A stretch of 64,000 nucleotides of DNA from a virus. A program made the position numbers and the translations under genes. Within the stretch, counting starts at the first letter, position 1. Every line of letters begins with the position of its first letter. The notes under the pieces are model-generated. The model had not been told where the DNA came from. It saw nothing but the letters and a program-made list of their open reading frames with translations, and did not search any database. The DNA lies in IMG/VR virus record IMGVR_UViG_3300033545_000001, positions 55,393-119,392 of that record; one strand, written 5' to 3'. This document shows positions 16,966 through 25,666 of this stretch, in pieces.

Positions 16966-19833
16966 TTGTCCATGCCTAAGGGTAACGAGGAAGAGATTCG
17001 ACCAGATGACGTGGTTGAACTTGCCTCTCAGCAGGAGAATCCTGGATATGCCAACTCTGGTGTTACCGGGCCAAGCAACATGGGTGCTGTTGGTGATACA
17101 GGCCTGATCATACCCAAGCCACGTAAGAAAGATCTTAATCTAGAACGTGGTGTTACTTTCTCTTACCCATTTTCCACTCAGTACCATGACTTGTGGGAAT
17201 TGTGGCGAACTGAGAAGGTTACTGTAAAGCAGCTTGAAGTAATGCGTCGTACAGACGGACATGCAAGAGCTTTGTACAGTATGATAACTATGCCTATTAG
17301 AGCTTGCCTTAAAACTGCCTCTGTTGCACCTATATCAGGAATAGAAGGTGGTACTGATGAGGCCAACTTCATTAATCTAATGCTTAATCTTCCACCAGCA
17401 GCTGGTGGAATGGTAGTGCCAATGAATCAGTTTATTGCTCAGATGCTTTTGGGTACTTTCCATGGATTCTCTGCATTTGAAATGGTGTACTGGGTTCCTA
17501 GAAAGGGACCTCTTGCAGGTAAGGTTACTCTGAAGAAGGCTTCATGGCGTCCAGCTGATACTATTCACTTTTTGACTAACGATCAGGCTGAATTTGCGGG
17601 TTGGCGTCAAAGATGTCTGACAGGAGATACTAAGATCTCCCTGCTAGACGGCACAGAGCCTCGAATCGATGACATGGTTAAGCGCTGGGAGGCTGGCGAG
17701 CAGTTCTGGGTATATTCCAGCACGCTAGACGGCCACGTGGTTCCTGGTAAAGTTTCTTACGCTACCAAGACTAGTGACAGCGAGAAGCTTGTAGAGGTAG
17801 AGCTGGACAACGGAGAGAAGGTACGCTGCACTCATACTCATCCATGGCTTCTACGGTCAGGCGAGTACAAGCGCGCAGACGCGCTACAGCCTGGTGATAG
17901 TCTAATGCCCCTGTATCGTAAAAACCAGAAGTTGAACTCGTACTCAGGTCAGGAGTACGAGTGGGTTTCTCATCCCGCAGGTACTTGGGAGCCTACGCAT
18001 CGTATGGTGAGCCGGGAACTAGGATTCGGCGTTCGTGGAGGAGAAGTCATCCATCACGGTTTTGAGGGAGAGGGTCATCTTAATAACGATCCTAGAAATC
18101 TTCAACGCCTTACAAGCGCCCAGCACAGAGAACTCCATGAAAAGTTGGGCCAGGAGGGCAATAAGGCTCTCAGGGCTTGGCAGCATAATGCTTCTCCTGA
18201 GACGCTCTCTGCTATTGGAACAGGAGCAGCCAACAAGCGTTGGAGTAATCCTGACTATCGCCAGCTCCGCTCCGAGCAGTTTAGAGCTCAGAGAGAGCAG
18301 TGGATAGCTGATGGCATAGACCTAGAAAATACTAGACGTCATGACATTACTTTCGAAGTCATTGATGAGGCTGCTCGTAAGACTGTCTCTGAAGGTAAGA
18401 AGTTGTCTCAGGCAGTTCTTCAGGAAGAGCTAGGATGTTCCAAGGACGTGCTGCTTGCTCGAATGAGAGAAGCAGGATATCCAGACTGGAAGACGTACAA
18501 GTGGACGCTGGTTCAGAGAGATGCGGATTGGGCTCGTAAGTCAGGCGCTCCAGTTAACCACAAGGTGACTGCTGTCAGATTCTTGGATGAGCCCGAAGCT
18601 GTCTATGACATCGAAGTTGAGGACTACCACAACTTTGCTCTGTCTGCTGGAGTGTTCGTTCACAATACGTTCCAGCATGGTCGTTACATTGATGTTCTGT
18701 TGCCTAATGATACTGCACTTGTTTATACTTGTCGCGCAGAAGAAGCCCCTTTCTATGGTGTTTCTATGTTTGAAACAGCTTTCTGGCATTACGACAAAAA
18801 AGTCAAGATGTACTACTTGGCACACCTTGCAGCACAGAAGGGTGCCATTGGTACACGTATTGGCCACATGCCTCCAAACCCAAACAAGGCTGACGTTGAC
18901 CATTTCCTAGAGCAGTTAGGCAAACTAGGTACTCAGCAGTTTATGGCGATGCCTATTGACTGGGATGTGGATGTAGTTCAAGAAGCTGGTAAGTTCGACT
19001 ACATTAGTTTTATCGAGCATCACAATCACATGATGTCTGAGTCTGTAATGGCTGGATTCATGGATGGTAACGCTACTGGTGGAAATACTCCCCAAGTAGA
19101 CTTCAGTACTCAGGATGATACTTTGTTCATTCAGATGCTTGAAACCATCATGGATGATATTGCTTCTGTTATCAATAATCAGCTTATACCTAGATTCATT
19201 GATTGGAACTTCGGAACTGGACTATACCCAACATTCAAGTGGGGTCCATTTACTGATGAGCAGAAGGACGCCATTCGTCTTGCCTTCAATCAGCTCTCAA
19301 TGGCACCTACAATCAATATGGAGCCTGAACTATGGCAGGCACTTCAGCTTAAGTGGGCTGAAGATCTTGGCATCAACACTGACACTGATATTCTACAGTC
19401 TCGTTGGGATATGCAAAATGCTCAGCAGCAGGATCTTGCAGGGCTTAATTACAAGACTCAGCTTGTGGAGGCTAAAAATGCTTTGGACATGGCTGTTAAT
19501 CCGCCACCTCCAATGCCTCCAGCTGGTCCTGTAGGAGCCCCTACAGCCGCTCCTAAGGCTGCCCCAGCTAAGAAAGTAGCTGCCAAGAAGACAGCTACTC
19601 CAGCCAAAGCTGCGACGGCTCCAGTTAAGGCAGTAGCAACACCTGCCAAGGCGACTCCTGCAAAGACAGCAGCCAAGGTGACTGAGGCCACAACTTCAGC
19701 CTCTACCCATGCTGCTCCGAGCAAGCAGAATTCGGGGAATTCTAACCCTACTCAGGGTTCTAAGCAGTTGAGTCCTAAATCAGCTGCCCAGAAGGATGAA
19801 GATCGTCAGGATGAGAGAAAGCGTGGCCACTGA
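16966..19833 (+). CDS. portal protein (DUF935/Mu gp29-like) with intein and Ala/Lys/Pro-rich tail
   Basis: 'GFSAFEMVY', 'PFYGVS', 'INNQLIP...NFG...YPTF'; position after TerL. Confidence 0.85.
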   Translation: MSMPKGNEEEIRPDDVVELASQQENPGYANSGVTGPSNMGAVGDTGLIIPKPRKKDLNLERGVTFSYPFSTQYHDLWELWRTEKVTVKQLEVMRRTDGHARALYSMITMPIRACLKTASVAPISGIEGGTDEANFINLMLNLPPAAGGMVVPMNQFIAQMLLGTFHGFSAFEMVYWVPRKGPLAGKVTLKKASWRPADTIHFLTNDQAEFAGWRQRCLTGDTKISLLDGTEPRIDDMVKRWEAGEQFWVYSSTLDGHVVPGKVSYATKTSDSEKLVEVELDNGEKVRCTHTHPWLLRSGEYKRADALQPGDSLMPLYRKNQKLNSYSGQEYEWVSHPAGTWEPTHRMVSRELGFGVRGGEVIHHGFEGEGHLNNDPRNLQRLTSAQHRELHEKLGQEGNKALRAWQHNASPETLSAIGTGAANKRWSNPDYRQLRSEQFRAQREQWIADGIDLENTRRHDITFEVIDEAARKTVSEGKKLSQAVLQEELGCSKDVLLARMREAGYPDWKTYKWTLVQRDADWARKSGAPVNHKVTAVRFLDEPEAVYDIEVEDYHNFALSAGVFVHNTFQHGRYIDVLLPNDTALVYTCRAEEAPFYGVSMFETAFWHYDKKVKMYYLAHLAAQKGAIGTRIGHMPPNPNKADVDHFLEQLGKLGTQQFMAMPIDWDVDVVQEAGKFDYISFIEHHNHMMSESVMAGFMDGNATGGNTPQVDFSTQDDTLFIQMLETIMDDIASVINNQLIPRFIDWNFGTGLYPTFKWGPFTDEQKDAIRLAFNQLSMAPTINMEPELWQALQLKWAEDLGINTDTDILQSRWDMQNAQQQDLAGLNYKTQLVEAKNALDMAVNPPPPMPPAGPVGAPTAAPKAAPAKKVAAKKTATPAKAATAPVKAVATPAKATPAKTAAKVTEATTSASTHAAPSKQNSGNSNPTQGSKQLSPKSAAQKDEDRQDERKRGH
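17614..18666 (+). mobile_element. intein with HNH endonuclease in portal, 351 aa
   Basis: Starts CLTGDT, block B 'CTHTHP', ends VFVHN/T; internal 'VIHH...NNDPRNL...H...H'. Confidence 0.9.
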
Positions 19834-20000
19834 TGAACTCGGTGAAGTTTGCTAGAATTCAGCGCAAGATATTTGAACGCTACATGAGCCATTCATTGCA
19901 TTGCCAGAAGAATTCCTCTGGGCAAGAATGCAATGAATGTGGTAGTCATAGATTAAAATATTGCGCTATGTGGCATAGTCGCGGGTTAAGAACTCTTTAG
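19833..20000 (+). CDS. possible 55-aa Zn-binding protein
   Basis: TGATG overlap with portal stop; HxxxC...CxxC; below ORF-track cutoff. Confidence 0.4.
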   Translation: MNSVKFARIQRKIFERYMSHSLHCQKNSSGQECNECGSHRLKYCAMWHSRGLRTL

Positions 20001-20042
20001 TCCGATAAATCAATAGACGTAAACTTTCACAAGGAGTCATCA

Positions 20043-21167
20043 ATGCCTGAAGAGCTAAGTATTTTCCCTTCGCAAGGGGATGACTGGGTAGAGTTGGCTC
20101 GTGTTAAGAGTGGAACTCTATTTCGTAAGCATATTCTCAATAAGGGAGTGCTTATCCATCCTGCTACAAAAGCAAAAATTACTATCGACGATGACTTTGT
20201 TTCTAAGTTGAAGCAGAACTTCGCAAATAATGTTTGTGATATTGTTCAGGTTCCCCTGGCTGACGACAATAATCAGCATTCAGAAAGCCCTGAGCGCAAT
20301 CAAGGTGAAGTAGTAGGTGTGGAAGAAGAGAATGGCAAGGTTTATGCCATTATCGATGCTCGTACTGATGACGCGAAGAAGAATCTAGGTAAGACTTGGC
20401 TAGGCGCATCAGCCATGCTCAGTACTAATTATGTAGATACTGCTACTGGTGAGCGTGTGGGTCCAACCCTTTTGCATGTGGCTGTGACAAATAGGCCTTA
20501 CGTGACAGGCTTAGAACAGTATCAAGAGATTATAGCAGCTTCCAATAGCGATCCAGATTCCACTGTTGTGGTATATGAAACTGAAGAAGTTGTGGAAGAA
20601 GAAACTTCAGAAGAAGTGCAGGCATCTGCCGATAGATTAAATGATGAGACGCTGGAAGCGTCTTCGCCTACTGAGGAGAATAAGACAATGACTCGTGAAG
20701 AGTTGATTGCGGCCCTCGCAGAGCATGGCATTGATGTCCCTGCTCTTCAGGCCGCTGCTGAAGAGGCAGAGGCCAACGCAGCTCTCTCAAATCAGCTTGC
20801 CGACAAGCTTGCTGAGACCCTTGAGCTAACTAACGGTTCAGTAGACACAGAAACCCTAATTGGTGCTATCGCTCAGGTGCACTCAGAGAAGGTTGAACTG
20901 TCTAACCGTGTACAGGGTCTAGAGCGTGCGCAGGCTGAGCATGTAGTAAGTGGCCTAATCAATGAGGGCTATGTACTGCCAGCGCAGAAGGACGTATATG
21001 TTGAATTGCGTCTATCAAACCCAGAGACTTTCAAGCGCCTAATCCCTAGTGAGCCAGTTGTAAAGCTGAGCGCTATGGTGGGCCAGGAATCACTCGATGA
21101 CCAGACGAAGGATGACCTGAACATTGACGACGAGATTACTCGTCTCACTGCTCGTGTAGGTCAGTAA
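20043..21167 (+). CDS. prohead protease (Mu I-like) fused to scaffold
   Basis: Catalytic-type H ('NQHSE') and S ('GASAM'), 'GPTLLHVAVTNRP', helical C-terminus. Confidence 0.85.
   Translation: MPEELSIFPSQGDDWVELARVKSGTLFRKHILNKGVLIHPATKAKITIDDDFVSKLKQNFANNVCDIVQVPLADDNNQHSESPERNQGEVVGVEEENGKVYAIIDARTDDAKKNLGKTWLGASAMLSTNYVDTATGERVGPTLLHVAVTNRPYVTGLEQYQEIIAASNSDPDSTVVVYETEEVVEEETSEEVQASADRLNDETLEASSPTEENKTMTREELIAALAEHGIDVPALQAAAEEAEANAALSNQLADKLAETLELTNGSVDTETLIGAIAQVHSEKVELSNRVQGLERAQAEHVVSGLINEGYVLPAQKDVYVELRLSNPETFKRLIPSEPVVKLSAMVGQESLDDQTKDDLNIDDEITRLTARVGQ
20688..21167 (+). CDS. nested in-frame scaffold protein
   Basis: Internal GAGGAG (20673) and ATG 20688, preceded by GCCGATAG (20628). 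Confidence 0.55.
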   Translation: MTREELIAALAEHGIDVPALQAAAEEAEANAALSNQLADKLAETLELTNGSVDTETLIGAIAQVHSEKVELSNRVQGLERAQAEHVVSGLINEGYVLPAQKDVYVELRLSNPETFKRLIPSEPVVKLSAMVGQESLDDQTKDDLNIDDEITRLTARVGQ

Positions 21168-21195
21168 TTCCCGATTAAGATAGGAAAACGAAGCA

Positions 21196-21690
21196 ATGGC
21201 TAACGACTACACTTCGGGAATTTACACTCCAGGTGATTCATACCAGGAGATTCCAGTTCCCGGATTCATCAAGCCTACTCACACATATGGTGAGACTTTT
21301 GGTGACGAATTCCACGCACCTACAGTATTTGAACTTCTAGCCTCTACAGATGGCGGCTTCACTCAGCGCGGTGTTATTCTAGCTGGTGGGCAGGGAGTTC
21401 TACTTACAGGAACTGTTCTAGGTCAGTTCACATCAGGTGCTAATCAGTACCTATACGGTGTATACAACGCATCTCACAGTGATGGTTCTCAGATTCCTCT
21501 GGGTTTCCTACGTAATGGTGTAGACACTGGTGGCACAAACAGTCCAGCAGGTCTTCCAGCAACAAACGTTGCAGGTCTTCTTGTAGACCGTGGAATTCTT
21601 AACTACAACGTAATTTCAGGACTAGACACTAACGCTATCAACAGTCTAAACGGCCGTCTTGATAACGCTGTTAATCGTTTCTACTTCTAA
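21196..21690 (+). CDS. head decoration protein (lambda gpD-like)
   Basis: 'LLTGTVLG...Y..Y...SDGSQ'; position upstream of capsid gene. Confidence 0.75.
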   Translation: MANDYTSGIYTPGDSYQEIPVPGFIKPTHTYGETFGDEFHAPTVFELLASTDGGFTQRGVILAGGQGVLLTGTVLGQFTSGANQYLYGVYNASHSDGSQIPLGFLRNGVDTGGTNSPAGLPATNVAGLLVDRGILNYNVISGLDTNAINSLNGRLDNAVNRFYF

Positions 21691-21699
21691 GATTAGCAA

Positions 21700-21733
21700 A
21701 AGAAAGACCCTCTCAATTGAGAGGGTCTTTCTT
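21700..21733. terminator. bidirectional terminator, perfect 34-bp palindrome
   Basis: AAGAAAGACCCTCTCAA/TTGAGAGGGTCTTTCTT between convergent genes. Confidence 0.8.
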
Positions 21734-22388
21734 ATTTCTCTGACAGGTATTTAGCAAGGTGCAGTAATCTGTCAGGGTTATCTTTAAAGAAGCCTTCTGT
21801 AATGTTGCATTCTAAATGAAGTAGGCCTCTTATGCATTTTCCACATGATGCCCCTCTCGAACAGCAGGCGTGGTCATGATCTATGACTAGTCTTCTGCCC
21901 TCTTCTGGGGGTTCTAAGCATCCTATGCATACTCCTGCCTGGTTATTTAAAAGCTCTATATATTTATGCGAGCTTATGGAATATCTTTGGAAAGCTTCTT
22001 CTTTTCTCCTGCACTCCCAAGAACAGTAGATTTGCCTGTTTGGCGAATATGTTCTGGATACAATAAATTCTTTGCCGCAGAAAGCATGAGCACATATTTT
22101 CTGAATTATGGGCCTGCCTGGGCAGTGTATCCCGCAGGTAATTTGATTTGAAGCTCTTGGTACGTATTCATTGCCACATACTGTACACACGCTTAAAGTG
22201 ACATAGTTTGCTTTAGACATATCCCTAGCTTTAGCTGTGTACCTACACCTCCTAGGTGAAGGGCAGAACTTTTGACTTTTCCTTACAGGGATGTAGTTTT
22301 CATTGCATACAGGGCAAAATCTTACAGACTTATCCCATATTCTATCTTTTCTGGTTCCCATTTTTCCCTTTCTACAGACTTCTGTCAT
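21732..22388 (-). CDS. endonuclease VII-family homing endonuclease with Zn-finger repeats
   Basis: 'IDHDHACC...CGKCIRGLL..ECN'; repeated CxxC units; only clear minus-strand gene; start taken as ATG 22388. Confidence 0.85.
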   Translation of the reverse strand: MTEVCRKGKMGTRKDRIWDKSVRFCPVCNENYIPVRKSQKFCPSPRRCRYTAKARDMSKANYVTLSVCTVCGNEYVPRASNQITCGIHCPGRPIIQKICAHAFCGKEFIVSRTYSPNRQIYCSWECRRKEEAFQRYSISSHKYIELLNNQAGVCIGCLEPPEEGRRLVIDHDHACCSRGASCGKCIRGLLHLECNITEGFFKDNPDRLLHLAKYLSEK

Positions 22389-22550
22389 ATTAATATTAAT
22401 CGGAAGTTCTGTCAAGTAACTTCCGATAGACTAACTAGGCACTCCTAGTGCTAGGTCAGCTGAGTGGGCTCACTAGAGCGGCGCAGACCGGTCACTGTAA
22501 ATTATTGTGACGCTGCCCTTATTGTCCGTTTATATATAGGAGTCCCCTTT

Positions 22551-23615
22551 ATGCCTAATATTTCACTACTTGAGCCAATGGTCCTTAATGGAGTAGTGCA
22601 GAAGTTCACAGCCCCTCAGAACCTGGCTCTTCTGCCTAATATCCCATCTAGCCCATCAAACGCACCTGACTATGTGACATGGGACGTTCTAAAGGGTAGT
22701 CGTCAGCTTGCAGGCTTCAACCTGCCAGGTGCTGAGGCTCAGACTGTAGACCAGCTTGGTCGTACACAGGAAAGCGCTCAGCTCGCTTACATCCGTCTAA
22801 AGAAGGTTTTCCAGCCACAGCTTATGCACTGGCTACGTGAGCCTGGACAGATTGCTACGACAAATGCTGAGGCTATGGTCCTTCGAGAGCTTCAGGATCT
22901 TTCACAGCGTATTGATCTTGTACAGGAGCAGCTCCTATGGAATGCTCTCCGTGGAACTAGTACAATCACTTACCCAGATGGATCATCAGCAACAGTTAAC
23001 TATGGTTTCCCAAGCTCTCACATTGTTACTCCGTCTGTTGGCTGGGCTACAGCTACTCCAGAGAACATCATCAACGATCTTGTTACTTGGAAGCGTCTAG
23101 TACAGACACACGGTCGCGTTAAGCCAACCACAGCTTACTGTTCAATCTTGACTATTCAGTCTATCTTCAACTCATTCGCAGCTAATGCAACTGCTGTAGT
23201 AACAGTTGGCACACCAACTAATACTCAGGCTGTTGCGCCAATGGGTGGAATGCTTTCAGATCGTATGAAGGACACATACTACACCAACGGAATTCTTCCT
23301 GGATTCGCTGGACTTGACTGGATTCCAGTTGAGGAAGTATACACCAACTCAACAGGTTACCTAACAAGGTTCGTTGGCGATGGTACTTCAAACAACGCTG
23401 AGGTCTTCCTTGGTAACTTCACTGAGCAGCGTCCTTTCGAGGTTAAGCTTGGTAAGTCTGCTGACGACTCAGCTCCAGAAGGAATGTACGGCAAGTTCAC
23501 CAAGACTTGGAAGCAGGAAGACCCTTCTGCTCGTATCGTACTAATGGAACTACACTTCCTCCCAGTTGTGTACCGTCCAGAGCAGTTCATCTATTGCGCT
23601 AATGCATACGCATAA
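22551..23615 (+). CDS. major capsid protein (lambda gpE-like)
   Basis: ATG after TAGGAG; 'VNYG', 'W...DPSA...LPV'; followed by a strong terminator. Confidence 0.88.
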   Translation: MPNISLLEPMVLNGVVQKFTAPQNLALLPNIPSSPSNAPDYVTWDVLKGSRQLAGFNLPGAEAQTVDQLGRTQESAQLAYIRLKKVFQPQLMHWLREPGQIATTNAEAMVLRELQDLSQRIDLVQEQLLWNALRGTSTITYPDGSSATVNYGFPSSHIVTPSVGWATATPENIINDLVTWKRLVQTHGRVKPTTAYCSILTIQSIFNSFAANATAVVTVGTPTNTQAVAPMGGMLSDRMKDTYYTNGILPGFAGLDWIPVEEVYTNSTGYLTRFVGDGTSNNAEVFLGNFTEQRPFEVKLGKSADDSAPEGMYGKFTKTWKQEDPSARIVLMELHFLPVVYRPEQFIYCANAYA

Positions 23616-23629
23616 TAATTAATTGATTG

Positions 23630-23660
23630 AGGACCGGCTTCGGCCGGTCCTTTTCATTTT
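23630..23660 (+). terminator. intrinsic terminator
   Basis: AGGACCGGC-TTCG-GCCGGTCCT followed by T-rich tail. Confidence 0.9.
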
Positions 23661-23693
23661 CCGATTGTTTAGATAGACTTTAAGGAGACTAAA

Positions 23694-24008
23694 TTGAAGA
23701 ATATAAGAGTATTCAATATTGAAGTCGCTTCAAATGGCGTAGTTGGTATGTTCACTGAGACTCAAATGCCTCAGGGTCCATGTAACGTATATATTACCGG
23801 CGGTAATGAAGAAGTAACTCGTCTGTATGTAGTAGATAGTGACGATCCTAATTCAGCAAGGTTTCCCTTCCAGGGTATCTGGATAACAGATGGCTCGGAG
23901 ATTTATATATTGAACGCACATCCTAAAGACAGCGTGACATTACAAGTATTGTTCACTCCTGTAGTATTAGAGCAAACAGCTCCTACACAGGAGACCGAGT
24001 CAGCATAG
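23694..24008 (+). CDS. hypothetical (virion module)
   Basis: SD AAGGAG, upstream CCGAT motif. Confidence 0.6.
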   Translation: MKNIRVFNIEVASNGVVGMFTETQMPQGPCNVYITGGNEEVTRLYVVDSDDPNSARFPFQGIWITDGSEIYILNAHPKDSVTLQVLFTPVVLEQTAPTQETESA

Positions 24009-24022
24009 CACTGGAGATTAGA

Positions 24023-24535
24023 ATGCCTAGAGCATCAACTACTGCACGCACATCTGTCAGAGCTACTAATAAGAAGGAAGTAGTTGAAGAATTGATTGCG
24101 GTGGAAGAAATTCTTCAACAAGAAGTACAGGAAGAGCTAGTAGAGATTGAGAAGATAGAAGAAGCTATTACTGAACTAGAATCACAGAATGATATAATTC
24201 TGCTGCATTTTGTGAGAGATGGTGTAACAGCTTTCGGCACAGTGTGGTATGCTGGCCAGGAGATAGAAGTTGAGAGAGGCTCAGAGTACTTTAGGCAGAC
24301 TCTTGATCGTAATGGAAATTCTTGGCTTGACAGATCAGAAGAAGACAGACTTGAAAAAGGTCCTCTGTCTTGGAAGTTAGGGCCTTCTGAAATTAAGAAT
24401 GAGCTTATAGAATACCCTGAAAACTTTGATCCTCACGGAATGACTTACCATAAAGGTGAATGGCTCGATCTTACAATGCTTAGACTGCGTGCCGAAAAGG
24501 AAGTTGCGAGAGGTCGCAACATTCCTAACAACTAA
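24023..24535 (+). CDS. hypothetical with acidic coiled coil
   Basis: SD GGAG, 170 aa. Confidence 0.6.
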   Translation: MPRASTTARTSVRATNKKEVVEELIAVEEILQQEVQEELVEIEKIEEAITELESQNDIILLHFVRDGVTAFGTVWYAGQEIEVERGSEYFRQTLDRNGNSWLDRSEEDRLEKGPLSWKLGPSEIKNELIEYPENFDPHGMTYHKGEWLDLTMLRLRAEKEVARGRNIPNN

Positions 24536-24544
24536 GGACATTTC

Positions 24545-25150
24545 ATGGGTGACGGATTCCCAACATTTACTGTAGCTCAATTGGCTCAATTCTCTGGCAG
24601 GCCACTACAGTCATATACCCCATATGCTGATCAAGCATTGATTCAAGCTGTAGTAATTTTTATGCTTGTTACTCAGGTAGAGTCATGGCCTACAGATGCA
24701 TTATCTCAGCAGATTGCTACACTGGGCATCCTTCAGTATGCAGATGTATTAGTTCTAGAGCAGCCATTCCAGCAGGTTACTCACAACCCATTCCAGAGTC
24801 AGACAATTGGTTCTACTTCCTACTCTAAGCCAACAGCCTACATGCGTGGAAATGCACAGGCTAATGCTCTTAAGGGTGAGGCTACAGGAATTCCATTCTT
24901 TGACTACGCAGTACAGAAGCTTGCTCTTCGTACAGAGTTCGGCGGAATTTACGGGTTCTCACTAGAGCTTGAAATGGGTCGCGGAGATGGCGATGTTTGG
25001 GTACGTGTAGATCACAAGACTGGTGAAATTAAGCTAGTAGGTCCAGCAGAGCGCGATCGTGAGCTTGGAATCTTCGCTGGTGGAGATATGAATGCTGAGA
25101 ATTGGCCCGCCGATGAAGGTAATGGCAGCTCAGGCGGGATGTGGTCATAA
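24545..25150 (+). CDS. head-tail adaptor
   Basis: Position; 'SQTIGSTSYS' typical of adaptors. Confidence 0.6.
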   Translation: MGDGFPTFTVAQLAQFSGRPLQSYTPYADQALIQAVVIFMLVTQVESWPTDALSQQIATLGILQYADVLVLEQPFQQVTHNPFQSQTIGSTSYSKPTAYMRGNAQANALKGEATGIPFFDYAVQKLALRTEFGGIYGFSLELEMGRGDGDVWVRVDHKTGEIKLVGPAERDRELGIFAGGDMNAENWPADEGNGSSGGMWS

Positions 25151-25666
25151 GTGGCTAGAGTGCAAGAGCCTTACTGTAATCAGCCACACTGTGAAGATGA
25201 GTCTTTTTCCTTAGACATGTGTAGAAGGCATTATTCTAAGCATTTAAAAGGCAGAGGGCCTAAGTCATGTGAGCATTGCAGTGTTCCTATGAATAATTTA
25301 GGCAGAAACCAAGGCCAGCGTAAGTATTGTTCTACATGCTCTCCAGTAGGGGATTCTGAAGCTAATCAGCTTTTATGGAAATACCAATTGTCTCGTCCAG
25401 AGTATGATGCTATGTATGAAGATCAGTTGGGCTTGTGTGCTATGCCAGGGTGTGACAGAGAAGCTAAAGAAGTAGATCACTGGCACGGCTGCACAGAGGG
25501 CCATAAAAATCATAGGGCTTGTAGTAAGTGTGTTAGAGCATTACTGTGTAGGAATTGTAATAATAGACTAGAGCCAGTGGAGGACGAAATGTTTAGAGAA
25601 GCAGCACTGGCCTATCTAGATCAGTTTGAAAACCCTGGCAGTGGCGGAGGAGGTATGTGGAGCTGA
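25151..25666 (+). CDS. endonuclease VII-family homing endonuclease
   Basis: 'VDHWH.C...CSKCVRALLCRNCN'. Confidence 0.85.
   Translation: MARVQEPYCNQPHCEDESFSLDMCRRHYSKHLKGRGPKSCEHCSVPMNNLGRNQGQRKYCSTCSPVGDSEANQLLWKYQLSRPEYDAMYEDQLGLCAMPGCDREAKEVDHWHGCTEGHKNHRACSKCVRALLCRNCNNRLEPVEDEMFREAALAYLDQFENPGSGGGGMWS

Noticed and set aside
22464-22550. N-terminal extension of the capsid ORF from GTG 22464
   Set aside because: The SD precedes ATG 22551; the upstream region looks like a structured leader.
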